Part shown: positions 25,225-37,700 of the stretch, piece after piece
Position numbering within the stretch: the stretch's first letter is position 1
Layout of the letters: every line of letters starts with the position of its first letter
Assembly (NCBI GenBank): GCA_017499595.2
Contig: JAFIQS020000014.1
Span: forward strand, 62,001 to 126,000
Direction: 5' to 3'
Length of the DNA: 64,000 bases
DNA from: Psilocybe cubensis
Lineage: Eukaryota
Notes under the pieces: generated by a model
The model's input: the letters and a program-made list of their open reading frames with translations, nothing else
Databases searched by the model: none
What the model was told of the DNA's origin: nothing
Program-made: the position numbers and the translations under genes

Positions 25225-27966
25225 ATGCCACCTAAAGGATCCAAAAAGAAAAAGGCGGTTGTCAATGCCACGGTTGAAGGTATCATCTATATATCCTCAT
25301 TACATCCGCATACTTAATGTTTTATCCATCTAGGACAAGAGGTTGAACAGGGTCCGAGCTCCGTGGCAGAAAACGAGCCACCTCAGGCTCCTGAAGCAGG
25401 TCTGTACTAGCATTTTCTTTGTTGAGATTCACTGAACTCTTTATTAAAAAGACCCCAATGGCCGTCCTATCCGAAGCACCCGTGGTCTTGGTGGAGTAAA
25501 TGCTCGGCAGGAGAAAACATCTAACATCATTTTTATTGACTTCGAGAAGGCTGGGAAGAGGAAGTCAAGGGCCGCCAATGTGGATACTAGCGCCATGCCT
25601 GAAAATGAGATGGCGCCTCCCTTGAAGAAACCTCGCAATGGGGTGAGTCTACTGTTCTAATCTTAAATTTGCTATCTTCCAAGCACGTCTAGGTTACCGT
25701 TGTGTCGCATGTAGGTCCCCCTATTCAAATGCAACCAAGGCCAACGCCTTCAGTTGCTCCTTGGGATGTCCAACAAGTCCAACCAAGCCCACGACAATCT
25801 CAGGGTGCCCCCCCTCCTGTCCAGATCCAACGTGCAGCTCAGAGAAATCAGGAGCACTCAGAGCTTGATCATGCTGTCCAAAGACCCACTGCCCCCATCC
25901 AGCGCCCCGCTGCTCCGGTACAACAGCCAGCACATCCTGTCCCGCGCCCCGTACAACATGCAGCACATCCTGTCCCGCGCCCTGTACAACACGCAGCAAA
26001 TCCTGTTCAGCGTTACGCTGCCCCTGCGGCAGAGAATTCTGTCCAATACTACGATGCCCCCGTACAACAACCAGTGCATCCTGTAACACAACATGCCCCC
26101 ATACAACAGCCAGTGCATCCAGCAGCCTATAACGCCCACCAAGAGGCTAGCATCAGCCATCAAGACGAGGAGGAGCAACAAGATTACGAAGGCATAGAGC
26201 AGGAGGAAGATGAGGAGGAGGAAGAGGGGGATAGTGACGGTGAAAGGCGATCTGAGGAAGCATCAGGGGACGAATGCATGCAAGGAATTGATGAAGAGAA
26301 TATTGGGGATGAAGAAGCTCTCCAATATGTCGACGGTGATGAAGGTTACGACGACGCGGGTCAAGATGATGAAGAGCCTGCTGCCCAGCGTTGGTTTAAC
26401 TCCACCTTTATGTCGTGTTTGCTTACCACCTATGTTTGACAGTGGTTGATGAAGTTTCCGATGATGAAGAGGAGAGGAGAGCAAGGGCATTGCTCCGCCA
26501 GCCTTCCCCCCATGTAATCATTTCTCTGCTGTATTTAATGTCTAGCTAATGTATTATTGATATAGGTTGTGGAAGTAGAGGATGTTCTTCAAGAACACCG
26601 TCGTCGTAATCGGGCGAACAAGCCACCTCGCCCTGAGGCATTGCGCAAGGCGGCTGTTTCGCAAGGAGCCGTATCCCAAGGTTTGACAAGGGAGAACAAC
26701 GAAGCATCTGACGATGATGAGGTGCTTGGTGAGGCACACATCGCTCATAAGAAGTCCAGTACTTCTTCTGCTAGGGAAGTATCCAAGCATTCAGTTGCAT
26801 CCTTTACTGGTTACTGGAAAGATGTGCTCAAAATTGCACGCAAACTGATGTGCCTGTATGTAGTAGAGGAGGTCCCCTTTCCCACTCGGGAAAATCACTT
26901 ATTAGTCGCCGATGGATGTGTGAAGATGGCAGTAACCGTGTTTGAAAGAATGAACACGGATAAAGTGTTGCCTGATAGTAAGTTCTGTCTTCTGTGATTT
27001 TAGTTAATTGGTTTACATAACTTTGCAGAGAAAAAAACGCTCCTAGACAGGAATACCGCCGTAACGGTATATTTTTAGCGTGTTCTTTTAAGGATATCGT
27101 ACTAACGTGTCTGTTCTCATTAGGCATTTGTCTACGCGTCAACCTTCCGGGGAAGACTGAAGACGATGATCAGACCCCTGGTCAAAAATGCGTATGGCCT
27201 CGAAGTCCCGTCGGAGGTCATCGCCGCGAACCCCAATATGTTTGAAAATCAGATGGGGGAGATCGAATACATCAAGGACAGGGTAGCATATTGGCTACTC
27301 AATGGTAAATACCACCGGGGTGTTGCCAAAACCCGAGTGAGTTCGCCGTCCATTTTACCTGGCTTACCACTCATTGATTTGTTTCCAGTATCACGATGTC
27401 CCATTTGGACATCCTTTTGTGAAGAAGATCTGTCTGGACTTCTTCTACCATCCTACAAAAGGGGTTGCAGTCCCCATCAAAGGTCTGGAGACAAAGACGG
27501 ATTTCTTCAAGACATCGCTTCCCCACAAAGCATTTGCGCTTGTGGCCAGTTGTGTAGTTCTGATTTCTCTCCTGCTATTGGCACTGCCTTGCTAACAAGC
27601 ATTTTGCTGTAGATCCACAACTGTCTTGAGGAGTGGAGGGATGGGATTGACCCTGCAAGAGGTGGTCCGTGTTCGGGTATTGAATTCAAGGGAGAGGAGT
27701 ACTCCCTGAGGTATGATGCCTGCATGTTGGTTGCAGCAGAGGCAGAGAAGGATACCTTGAACCAAGGTCCTCGCTTGGCTCGCTTATGTAGGGAAGTGGC
27801 TGAGGAAGGATGGTGTGTATCTTTTTTTATTCATTTCTTTCTTTGCATCATTTAGATCTCCATAATCAGTGCTATTATGAGGCCTACGAAGAACCCCCCC
27901 AACCCTTATAGGATGACTCTCCATTCTATCCCACAGGAGGAACTAGATTACGGTCCAGAAGGGTAG
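25225..27966 (+). CDS. DUF6532-like protein with basic, P/Q-rich and acidic N-terminal regions (Plavaka cargo)
   Basis: ASTFRGRLKTMIRPLVKNAYGL, PFGHPFVKKICLDFFY, LPHKAFALVASC|IHNCLEEWRDG, EFKGEEYSLRY; many short introns; internal 33-bp QHAAHPVPRPV repeats. Confidence 0.75.
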
Positions 27967-28234
27967 TTGGGTGAATGAGCGGGGCAGCTGCCGGGTGTGG
28001 ATTAGAAGATACCATATTTAGATCGTCACGTATTAATAGTTATGCATCTACTAATAGAAACATGTTTGGTCCGATCCAAACATAGATTATCTATTTTTAA
28101 AATTGCCCATTTTAGTCAAAAATGGTTCGGTTTTCAGTGTGATATTGGCACTTGCAGGAATAGCCACACAACACTATACAAATGAAAGTGGATACTATAT
28201 ATGCCTTTGTACCTATTTGCAGTGTGTTATGATG

Positions 28235-28350
28235 TGCTACAAATCTGTGGTAGCATGCTACAAATCTGTGGTAGCATGCTACAAATCTGTGGTAGCATGC
28301 TACAAATCTGTGGTAGCATGCTACAAATCTGTGGTAGTATGCTACAATTT
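28235..28350. repeat. 21-bp tandem array TGCTACAAATCTGTGGTAGCA (5 copies plus partial), subterminal in the Plavaka element
   Basis: Seen directly; unit junctions form the palindrome GTAGCATGCTAC. Confidence 0.95.
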
Positions 28351-28598
28351 GTATGTCAGTTGTATACAGAGGGGTATGGACCATGGTAAGCATGCTACAC
28401 GCCGCTACACAGCACTCGCGTTACAATACAGATCACTACAGAGTACCATGTCACGTTGGTACCAAGCTACAGGTACATCAGTGTGTGTTACCCAAATGGG
28501 ACCGTTACTATGGGCACTACAGAATTACGTATCACTACGGATCATTACCTACTTGGCCCCGGTATTGCTGATGTCTATTTGATGATGTATTCTCCTAG

Positions 28599-31500
28599 GT
28601 TATGGACTTTAGCGAAGCCGAAAGAGAAGGCTTTATTTTGGGGTATATCGAGTTCTGGCAGCAAGAACCAACCAACACCATTTCACATGATGACCTCCGA
28701 ATTGCGGCTACGCGTCTTTTAAGTGGATGTTTAGAGCATTATCGAAGGGGTGTTACGCGTGTTAGCAGGATTGGCGGCGTTGTTCCTGTTGAAAAAGCTG
28801 AGGATTTCAAGAAACGTGCATTAGAGCTTGTTGACCTACCTAACGCTGTAGAGTTTCAGTTGCAAGCAGCAAACCTTGTACGCGATTTTCCAAAGCTGAA
28901 TAGCTGGATGGCGTGGTGGACACGCCCTTCTCACGCCTCTATGCTTTTTTATTCCCAACGGAAAATGGACATAGATGTATGGAAGTCGATTCCGAAGACT
29001 ACAAATGCCGAGGAAGCAATGCACTGGAAAATGTACTGTGCTGCTGGACGGGATCATGACTTTATGGCTGGAATGTATGCTCTTCATGCTGTTGCGCAAT
29101 ATTTTGAGCGAGTATATAATGCAGCACTTGGTGAGTAATTGTATTTTCTGACAGAGAACTATATTTACATTTTAATTACAGAGGGAAAACCTATACGGTA
29201 CGGCAAGGCCGAACCGTGGAAATCAACAAAAGAGAAGCTTGGTCGTACTAAGCCTACTCGCGCACCCGACGCTGCTACCCAAAAGCGGAAACACAATGAC
29301 GGTCGCCCGCCAGATACCGTTAAAGAACTCCTTGGACAAAAGCACAAAAAACAAAAGCTTATTCAATCAGATAACTTGCAAGAAGAAGCGGCCCTCACAG
29401 TTTTAGAAGATGGCAACATTAACCGCTATTCAAAGACGTTAGACGACACTCCAGCAATAGTTCGGGAGCCCTCCCAACATCAGGTTGTCGCTTCTAGTCC
29501 ACGTACTTCTGCACATCCCAACCGCTCGCCAATTGCATCTTTTCCATGGAAAGATAACTCATGCTGGCTGGATGTGGCTCTTACTCTTCTCGGCGCTGTA
29601 AATGCATCGTTTGATTCGTATTTTTACAGCATATGTGGACCAAATTTACCGGACGACTCAATGCTTCGAATACTTGGACAAACACTACAAGAGTGCCAAA
29701 ATCTTAGACGAGGACGGATATCACCAAAATCACTTCTTATTGGGCTAGGAAAGCAGCGAGACCTCTTCCGCAGGTCACTTAAAAGCCAGAAATTCATTAC
29801 AAAGTTGACTTCATTTGATTCAGTTTTCGTAAGTTCACGTTTTCTTGTGTATATATTATGGGCGCTTAAATTTGTTAGGGTTGGTTCAACGATGTTGTTC
29901 AAAGGGAACAACACTCACAGTGGTACAGATCAGCGGCATCTCTCCAGATATTGACCACATCGATCCGCTTCTGTACAGGATCCGAGGCTATTGGGGGCCC
30001 TCATGTAGAACTGTCAACAAAGCCACGGAGTGCGCGTTTTTTGCAGCTAATGCCTCGGGACTATGACCAGTATGGCGGAGATTTGGAAAGATATTTTTCC
30101 AATTATATCTCGCTGGATCGCTGTCCAACACCTTCCTACATCTCTTTTGACTCCATTGATTGTGCACCTGAGCGGGTCAAATGCTGGAGAACAAAAGATG
30201 GTGTCTGTCTTTGCCCAGGAGAACGAGAAGACATACGGGACTTGGTTATATCCCTTCCTTTTATGCTATACTTTGAGCTGGCAAACGATACTGGCGAACC
30301 TAGTCTGTCTTCTTGGGATCTTTCACCAATTCTAAAGGCTGCATCTGGCGCTCCAGACGATTTTTCAGATCTTGTATACTATCTGGTCGGGCTAGTGCTT
30401 ATTGATTCCTCTGGAAGTCACTTTAGTGCCAGATTTACGCAGAATGGATTGGTCTACACCTACGACGGACTTGAAAATGGCGGAAACTGTGTTGTGGAGG
30501 AGAATGCCTCAATCGAAACACACCTTTCGGGAAAAGCGCCTATACTTCCTGATGGTTGTTGTGTTCATGCTATTATCTATGCGCACGAGGGAAAAGAGTC
30601 TGCACAAGATGCATTCTTTAATACACGACACAAATTGATCTCCGAAAGATTCAATATTCGATTCATATGCTCGATTGTTGGATTATACAGCCCACAGCAG
30701 CTTACTTATACGTCACCCGACTATGAACAGATGGATCCTTCTAAACAAGATTGGATCAGCAATAGAAAACTCGCGGAATCAACAGAAGAATATCTTACCC
30801 GCTCTAAACGCAGAGCAGTTGCTGTAAACAAGAAGACCACACCAGCAGAAAAAATAGAGCTGGATCCCGAATCCGAAGAAGAGACCTTTAACATCTCTAA
30901 AAGTCTTCTTACTCCAAGCAGTCCAGCACGCGGATCGACCCTAGTACTTGGCTCCACTTTGGGTAGTCCAGCCGAGTCAAAGTCATCACATTCGCGGGAA
31001 TCTTCACCTTGGTCTAGCTTCTCAATAAACTGCCGATGCGGTTTGATTGGAGATGGAAACAAATACTATCTTGATGACGAACATGGCGCGGCTGTCCAGT
31101 GTGACTGGTGCAAGGACTGGTCGCACATAGCATGTCAGCGAAATGGACGGGCAAGCAATCTGGGAATCACAGACGACTTTATTTGTGACTCGTGTGATGT
31201 TAGAAATCATATTATACCACGTTCGAGTGCAGAACGGTAAGCATGTCATACTCTCTGTTGTATTTACCAAGTTGCTTATTTTCCCTAGTATGCAATGTGC
31301 AGAACGTATTGGAGACAGAATATGTCTTGCAGACCGTCTCAAGTAAGTTAAATACATTATACTACATACCAATACTTAAAAATTTTAACAGAGAAGGTCG
31401 AGGTGCCCTTTGCCTTCATGGTGAATTCTGGTACCCAGTTCGCATCATCCAACGAGTTTCAAATGGGTGGCGCGTGCGGTGGTGGAGAGATAATCAATAT

Positions 31501-32421
31501 GCCACGATGCCTCCTGGAGTGGGTTCCCAAATTACATCCATAGCTCCAGAAGATCATGTCGTGGATTCTCTATGGATGAATGCAGAAGGACGAAGACAAA
31601 TACGGGTGAGCTCTACGGATTCTATTGCCTTTTCTTGACTAAAAAGACAACCAATATAGCTTGGAAAATGGATTCACGCACATGAAGTAAAAGATAATGA
31701 CGAGATATTATCTGATCCAAGTTCTATCCCCTTCACTGAAGACATTGACCGAATCCTCATGCCGCATATCAAAGTTCTGAAGGCGCTTCTCAACAACAAT
31801 CGCAAATTCCTTGCATCAAAAACGATTCCTGCAAAGAAGTGGCATGACGAGCAGAAGAAAATGAAGAACTCAAAGTCCTTCCTGAAATCTGGTGTTATTC
31901 CATTTACTGGTCAGTTAACAATTATTGAACGCGCTCAGATTTCGAACTGGTTTGAATGCAAAATCGCCAACAACGACATTAAAATGCGAATTAAATGGGT
32001 ATCCTTCCCGCCTCTCGCCCATGCTTTTACTCTTTATATTGCTCATCACCTCAAGCAAAATCCAAGGTTCACAGACCTTTTGGATGACCGTCTTATTGAA
32101 GAAGCATGGTCAGCTCAATGCTGGGAACGACCTACCTCCAAGAACGAAATTGATGTTGATAGGGACTGCCTACAGCTTTTTGAAGAAGAAATTTTTGAAG
32201 TTTCGGCGCGTGCCGGAGTTGCAGGACACTGCCAGTGGGGACTCGATGTGGGACCACATCAAGATGGGTGGAACCCATACGGTGGACTTCCAGATTACTT
32301 CAACTTTGGTGATAGAGAAGGGGATGACAGTGAACTCGAGGTATGTGGTTTAATATTTTATTCATACAAGGATACTTGCTCACCAATGGCAAACTAGCCC
32401 GGGCCTCAATTCTTAGCTTAA
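28599..32421 (+). CDS. GCM-domain MULE transposase, 3' exons: DDE core, USP-like peptidase, PHD finger, Tudor-like barrel
   Basis: VMDFSEAE (D), GCLEHY (CxxH), PKTTNAEEAMH (E); WKDNSCWLD Cys box; YYLVGLV...SHFSARF...YTYDG His box; CRCG...QCDWCKDWSHIAC...FICDSC PHD; FWYPVRII...WRVRWW; QWGLDVGPHQDGWNPY. Confidence 0.85.
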
Positions 32422-32624
32422 TACACGATCATCCATTAAATAACTTTTAAATTTACTTCTATTCAACTATTTACACCACTATATATTACAATATGACTTT
32501 TTTAGTGGGCCAAGCCTTGTTCAATGTAGAGGAACAGTGACGACCAAGAAAGACGACACAAATTTGTTTGAAGTCAATTTATCCCACGCTCCATCACCCC
32601 GACCTGCCACAACACGGTTCGAAC

Positions 32625-32765
32625 CCACGCACGCACATGCACGTCCCTCAGCCACTTCCGCACTTCCCTCAGCCACTTCCGCACTGCCCTCAGCCAATCG
32701 CGCACGTCGCACTGCCCGCACTTCCCGCACTGCACTTCCCTTGCACTTCCCTCGCTTCCCCTGCA
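32625..32765 (-). repeat. Right subterminal GCACTTCCC-type repeats of the giant MULE
   Basis: Repeated CCCTCAGCCACTTCCGCAC and GCACTTCCC units adjoining the right TIR. Confidence 0.85.
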
Positions 32766-32967
32766 AGGTAAATTTCTTGTGCCCATCCATACCCACCTAG
32801 ATTAGTGGAATTACACTTGAATCATATATTTGACGCATGTTTCGACAAATTATTGTGATTGCAGAACTCATGCTTACACCTAGTGGGAGTACTCAGCTTG
32901 CGTACAAAGTACTAGACGGTGATCTCAGTAAAACTCACTCTGTATATTGGTGCATGTATGCGGGGTA

Positions 32968-33337
32968 AATCCTGGGAGTCTATCATAAATACCGTTTGGT
33001 GGGTGTGTATGGCTTATCAAGGTTACAATGGATGGCTGGCGGCTCAGTGCTATGGTGCACACTCTTCTTGATGTCTGGGGAATCATTTGGTGACATTTTC
33101 TTGCCCCTGGACTTCTCAGCTCGTATTACTGCGTCTGCTCGTAAGGTTTCTGCTTAGGGGACATGCTAATATTATGCTGGTCTTGAAAAATGCGAATTTA
33201 AGTATGTATCTGCCATGTTTGTGCCTGATGCACGTCCTTGCGCGTGTTTGGATCTATAGTGCCTGTTTTATGTTTGTTTCTTGTATACTCTATCAATTCT
33301 CTTACGATATAATCGCTCTCATTGTATTCATGCTGAT
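32968..33337 (+). repeat. Dispersed repeat copy B (see 1532-1919)
   Basis: Colinear similarity with copy A. Confidence 0.85.
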
Positions 33338-33779
33338 TCTGCATCTTCTCTCAAATGTAAATCTTGCGTGGTCATAAAAGACGACGCGAGTGAGGGTTTC
33401 GAAGCATTTTTTTACACAGTCCGTCAATCGTGCCCGTCAAAATAAGGACAAATACGCGCAATTCTCATATGTGACCGGCAAACAGCTTTCCCCTCTCCAC
33501 AATTGAAGAACGCGTTCACCTACTTCACCTTGATCCAATACATCCCAATAAGCGTACGTTATTTTACCTGTTTACATAGAAAACTTCTCGAGTAAAGGAA
33601 ACTCTTAGATCTCTGTACGAGGAATGCAACCAACTGGGTATCGATGAAGCCAACGAAGACGTGCTGGAACTTAATCGCTCATCCACAGGTTTACAGATAC
33701 CAAATTGTATCGGACAAAATAAACGTATTGTAACTTGTAACTGATAGCCTGATCAAAGCTATAGAAATCATCATGTTCT

Positions 33780-34292
33780 GACCCCTCTATCCTGGCACTC
33801 CATAGAATGGGTATCATGATTCAGCTCTTGAATTGGTGCCCCGGTGGTGATACAGAAGCAAAGAAGTAAGGAAGTGCAACGTCGCTCGGTTCAAAGACGC
33901 TCGAGGATACATAGAAACTATTCACAATGTTCTCACGTACATCTCACTCGAGGTTCGAGGATGATTCTTGTTCATCTCCAACTGCTAATATTTGTAACAA
34001 CTCAGAAGCCAGCTGTCGTATACTCATCAACACATACATATGATCCACATCGCATCCAATCTAGAAACCGAAAGCTCGGGTGATGTAAACACTCCAGAAT
34101 CATCCACGGACACCATGGGACATGGATGCATGCAAAATTTGTCCGGTAGAATGGTGGAATATACGCTCTTCTACAATGACAAGGCTACACGAGGTGAGTT
34201 ATTGTGCACCACTGTCCCCTCACCCTCCGTCTAACCTCATCACCATAGATCGAATAATGACATCAAAATATTTTGCTTTGACCGATCCTGAG
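33780..34292 (+). pseudogene. Degenerate host gene split by the 34293-41853 element; continues after 41862
   Basis: Exon ...YNDKATR|gtgagt...catag|DRIMTSKYFALTDPE continues in frame as VYTSPNEAST after the right TSD; frameshifts upstream. Confidence 0.4.
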
Positions 34293-34790
34293 GGGCATAG
34301 GAAAAAATAAGTGCAGCGCAAGTGCGCAAGTGCAAAACGTGCAAATGCAAGTGCACGGTGGCTGTGCTGCAGTGCAGTGCAAGTGCATTTGCGAGTGCAC
34401 GGTGGCTGTGCTCAAGTGCAGTGCAGTGCGCGCACAAGTGCAAACATTAAAAAAACGCAAATGCACAGTCCGTTATAGTACACAACGCTCTATACTTAAT
34501 ATACATGAACTGTATATAACTAATCAATGTAGTACCTAGGAGATTGAATGCTATTTCTTTGTTTTTGACTTCACTGCCTTTGCTGCAGTCCTATTTTCAG
34601 GGATAGGCCGTGGCCTAAGGATTCTCTTCTCTCCTACTAGGTTTGGCTTGGTGGGTTGTATAATTTTGACAAAGGTTGGGTTGATAGGAATGATAGAAAG
34701 GCCATGTATCTTCTCAAAAAGTAGAGTGAGCCCTCCGTGAAGGTCCACCCTTTTCCGCTTTATAATTCACTTTTTGTCTGCCAGTGTTAC

Positions 34791-37700
34791 CAAGGGGGTA
34801 CGGAAATTAAGATGCCGGACACCGGCTAGGTAGGTAGGTTGGCTGCCAGGCCGCGAAAAAAAAATTCGAATGATAGATTTTTTTGGAAGAATTTGCCACA
34901 AAATTTTCAGTTTAGTCAATGAATTTGAGTCTATTGGATACGAAAACCATGTTCAAATGTTCCAAGCAAGTTCCAAGACATATATTTCCAAGAATTCTTG
35001 GCTTAATCAGTGAATTTTGATAACAGTTTTTGTATCTGGACGCTCAAGCGTGTGTCAAAAAGGTCTTTCAAACCACAATTGAATCATCTCCACAGTGCCG
35101 CACTATACTGAGATAATACAGAACTATATATGGTGCGCGTCTAGACTATTTTTAGATTCGTGTACTTACAATACACAAAATAAATGACAATTATTAGGCC
35201 AATACAGAATCTACGATAGAGGTTGATGCAGACGGGTATGCTAAATGCCCTGATTGCTTTGATCGTATACGATGTGGCCCAGGAGGTATTAAAAACCTTG
35301 AAGCACGTCATCGTGGAACAGCAAAGTGCCGTGCAAAGGCTGCAAAGCTGCAGAAATCTGGCGCTAAACTCAAGGACGGGTCAATTTCTATGTTTTTGAA
35401 ACGCACAAATCCTGCCGATAAAATCCGTGTTCCATCGCAGACAATTATCCCCAAGAAAATTGGTTTTATCCCTGAATCTACTCCTCTACTGTCAACACCT
35501 TTGCAAAAAATGCCATCGGAACTGGACTTAAATCTCAGTCAACATACTGAAACATTAACTGTCGCCGTGTCAAATACTGTACAGAGACTTCCGGTAACAT
35601 GGTACAAGTCAAACCTTGCAAACAAGATGCAAACCTTGGTCAATAATCTTCCTGCAGCTAGCCAACACAGTACTTCCGATCTTCTTGAAGGATTTAATCG
35701 CAATCCTGCAGAATATGATGACCTATCAATTAGCAACGAAGACTTGTGGGAAGTGGTCTTAAACCCACTTTTAAAATCACTTTTGGGGTGGGGAACCAGC
35801 CTTGATGTAGCCGCCGTTATTGAAGGCCAACATGACGGACTTAATGGTCTCGCTCCATTTATAGAATACTTTGTGGTACAGCGACACGTTGAAGAGAGCT
35901 TGCTAGAAGGCAAGTTCTCACACTTAATTGAAGGATTAAACAAACAGCAACTCAAGTACGTACTAATTTTTGTTTGAGATATAACTTCTAATAACGGGTC
36001 TACTTGTGTGCATGCCACAATTTAGGTTGGGGCCGGGTTATATCATTCCTGGCAGTAAAACATCAGATTTGCGGCTTACCTCTGCTGCGTGCAAAGGTTA
36101 TATACTGGACTTACCTAATGGACGATCACCTCATTCTGCATATCCGTTTGCACTCCACGACATTCTACCATTGCCGTGGACGTACGAAGTCAAAAATCAC
36201 CGCATGATTGTTCGAAGTCTACGGTGTGGAACTGTTGAAGTTCCACCACACTCTGCCTGCTGCTCGTTGTGCTCTGATTTGTCAAGTAACTCGATGCTTC
36301 TGGGAATCATTTCTCGGATACAAAATGGTGTTGACGTGAACACACCTTATGCATATCATTCCATGGATACTCTGCGGACTGTGCTTGCTCGTAAAGACAA
36401 GCAAATTAATTTTCTAAAGCTTCAGGGAGTCAGCCAAGCAAGAGCTATCGTTAGGAAATCAAAGTCTCTCGATGAACGGCAGAGGCTAATTATTGCAATT
36501 GCCAGTAAGCAGGTTGGACACGTTGAGCGCCTCCTAGAAATCGGCATTCGTCAAAAGCGCAGCATTACCTATATTCTCCAACAGTACAAGCTTGCCGCTA
36601 TTGGTGTGTATCACCCGAAGAGCTATTCTGATATGGAAAACATGCTTGGTCTTCTTTTGATGGATTTGGGTGGAAATCGTATCTCTGGAATTGTTCACCG
36701 CTCCCTCGGACTTCCTGGAATTACTACGCTACGCACCAAAAAGATGGTTCCTCTTTTAATCCCATCAGCATCTACTCCAACCATTACCGAAATTACTGCC
36801 AACATTACTGCATGTTTTCAGGGACTGTCAGACGTTCTTGCTGATGCCAACGTGATGCATACAACTTTGGCCTTTGACGAAATAGCCACTGAGGCTCGGA
36901 TTCGATGGGATGAGCATACAAACAATTTTTTGGGAGTTTGTAGAGAGCATGGGAGACGAACGGCACTAGAATTCAATAGTCAAGACGATGTGGAAGAGCT
37001 GTTCCACTGTTTGGATAAAGGAGAAATTCACTATGCACGCGAGGTGAGAATTTTACATGATTTCCACGCACAGACGCTCTCAGTTGTGTTTCTAATTTTG
37101 AGACATCTATTTTTATATAGGCCACGGTTGGGGCACTTGGAATTATGAGCCCTAACAATTGCATTTATGCAGCATGTCCAATCCTTATTTCTGGTGATTG
37201 CAAAAGGGAAACCGCTGAAGAACATGCGGAAATTATCAAGACAGTTATAAACTCAGTTACTTCAACCAGGCAGCAAACCAAACTTCGCCTTGTATCAATT
37301 GCTTCTGATGGCGAGACAAGACGTGGGTCAGCATTTGCTTTATTAACATTCAAACACTGGCTATCACTTACCTCCCCTATTTTTCCACTACTCACCAACA
37401 TGACCTTTATGGATCTCCATGTAGGCGATGACGACTTAACAGCTGACAAGGACTGGAAACATGTATTTAAACGATTTCGCAACCTGCTTCTGCGTCCCCG
37501 CGGTCTTCTTATTTCAGGAGTTAGGATTACTCCTTCGATCATATCAACCCATCTGAAGATGTCTGGACTCTCTGCTGTACATGTGGCGTCATTATGCAAT
37601 CCAAACGATGAACAAGATGTTAAACTCGCGTTTGATTTGCTTCGAGCTATTTGGAGTCTTCCAACAATCACAGAACATCAAAATCCGTCTATTATTGAAG

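Larger units (their letters stand above)
10268..28565. mobile_element. ~18.3-kb Plavaka-transposase element with seven genes, inserted in an intron of the MULE transposase (ends approximate)
   Basis: Host reading frame rejoins in phase as MFAG|VMDFSEAEREG across donor 10262 and acceptor 28598. Contains a Plavaka transposase. TGTAGCAT motifs at 10351 and 10419 are inverse to the ATGCTACA array near the right end. Confidence 0.85.
7817..32784 (+). mobile_element. Giant Mutator-like (MULE) DNA transposon with GCM-domain transposase; ~6.7 kb native plus ~18.3-kb nested insertion
   Basis: Left end GGGCATACAGAATTTACCTTGCAGGGTAAGCGAGGGAAG versus reverse complement of right end GGGCACAAGAAATTTACCTTGCAGGGGAAGCGAGGGAAG. 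Exact 9-bp TSD ATCCATACC at 7808-7816 and 32785-32793. Confidence 0.93.

Noticed and set aside
28235-28350. Palindromic 21-bp repeats as a CRISPR array
   Set aside because: Units are contiguous with no unique spacers, no cas genes are present, and the context is eukaryotic.
10268-28565. Starship or Helitron identity for the large cargo element
   Set aside because: No DUF3435 tyrosine recombinase or Rep/helicase seen; the CTAG at 28595-28598 is the host intron acceptor.
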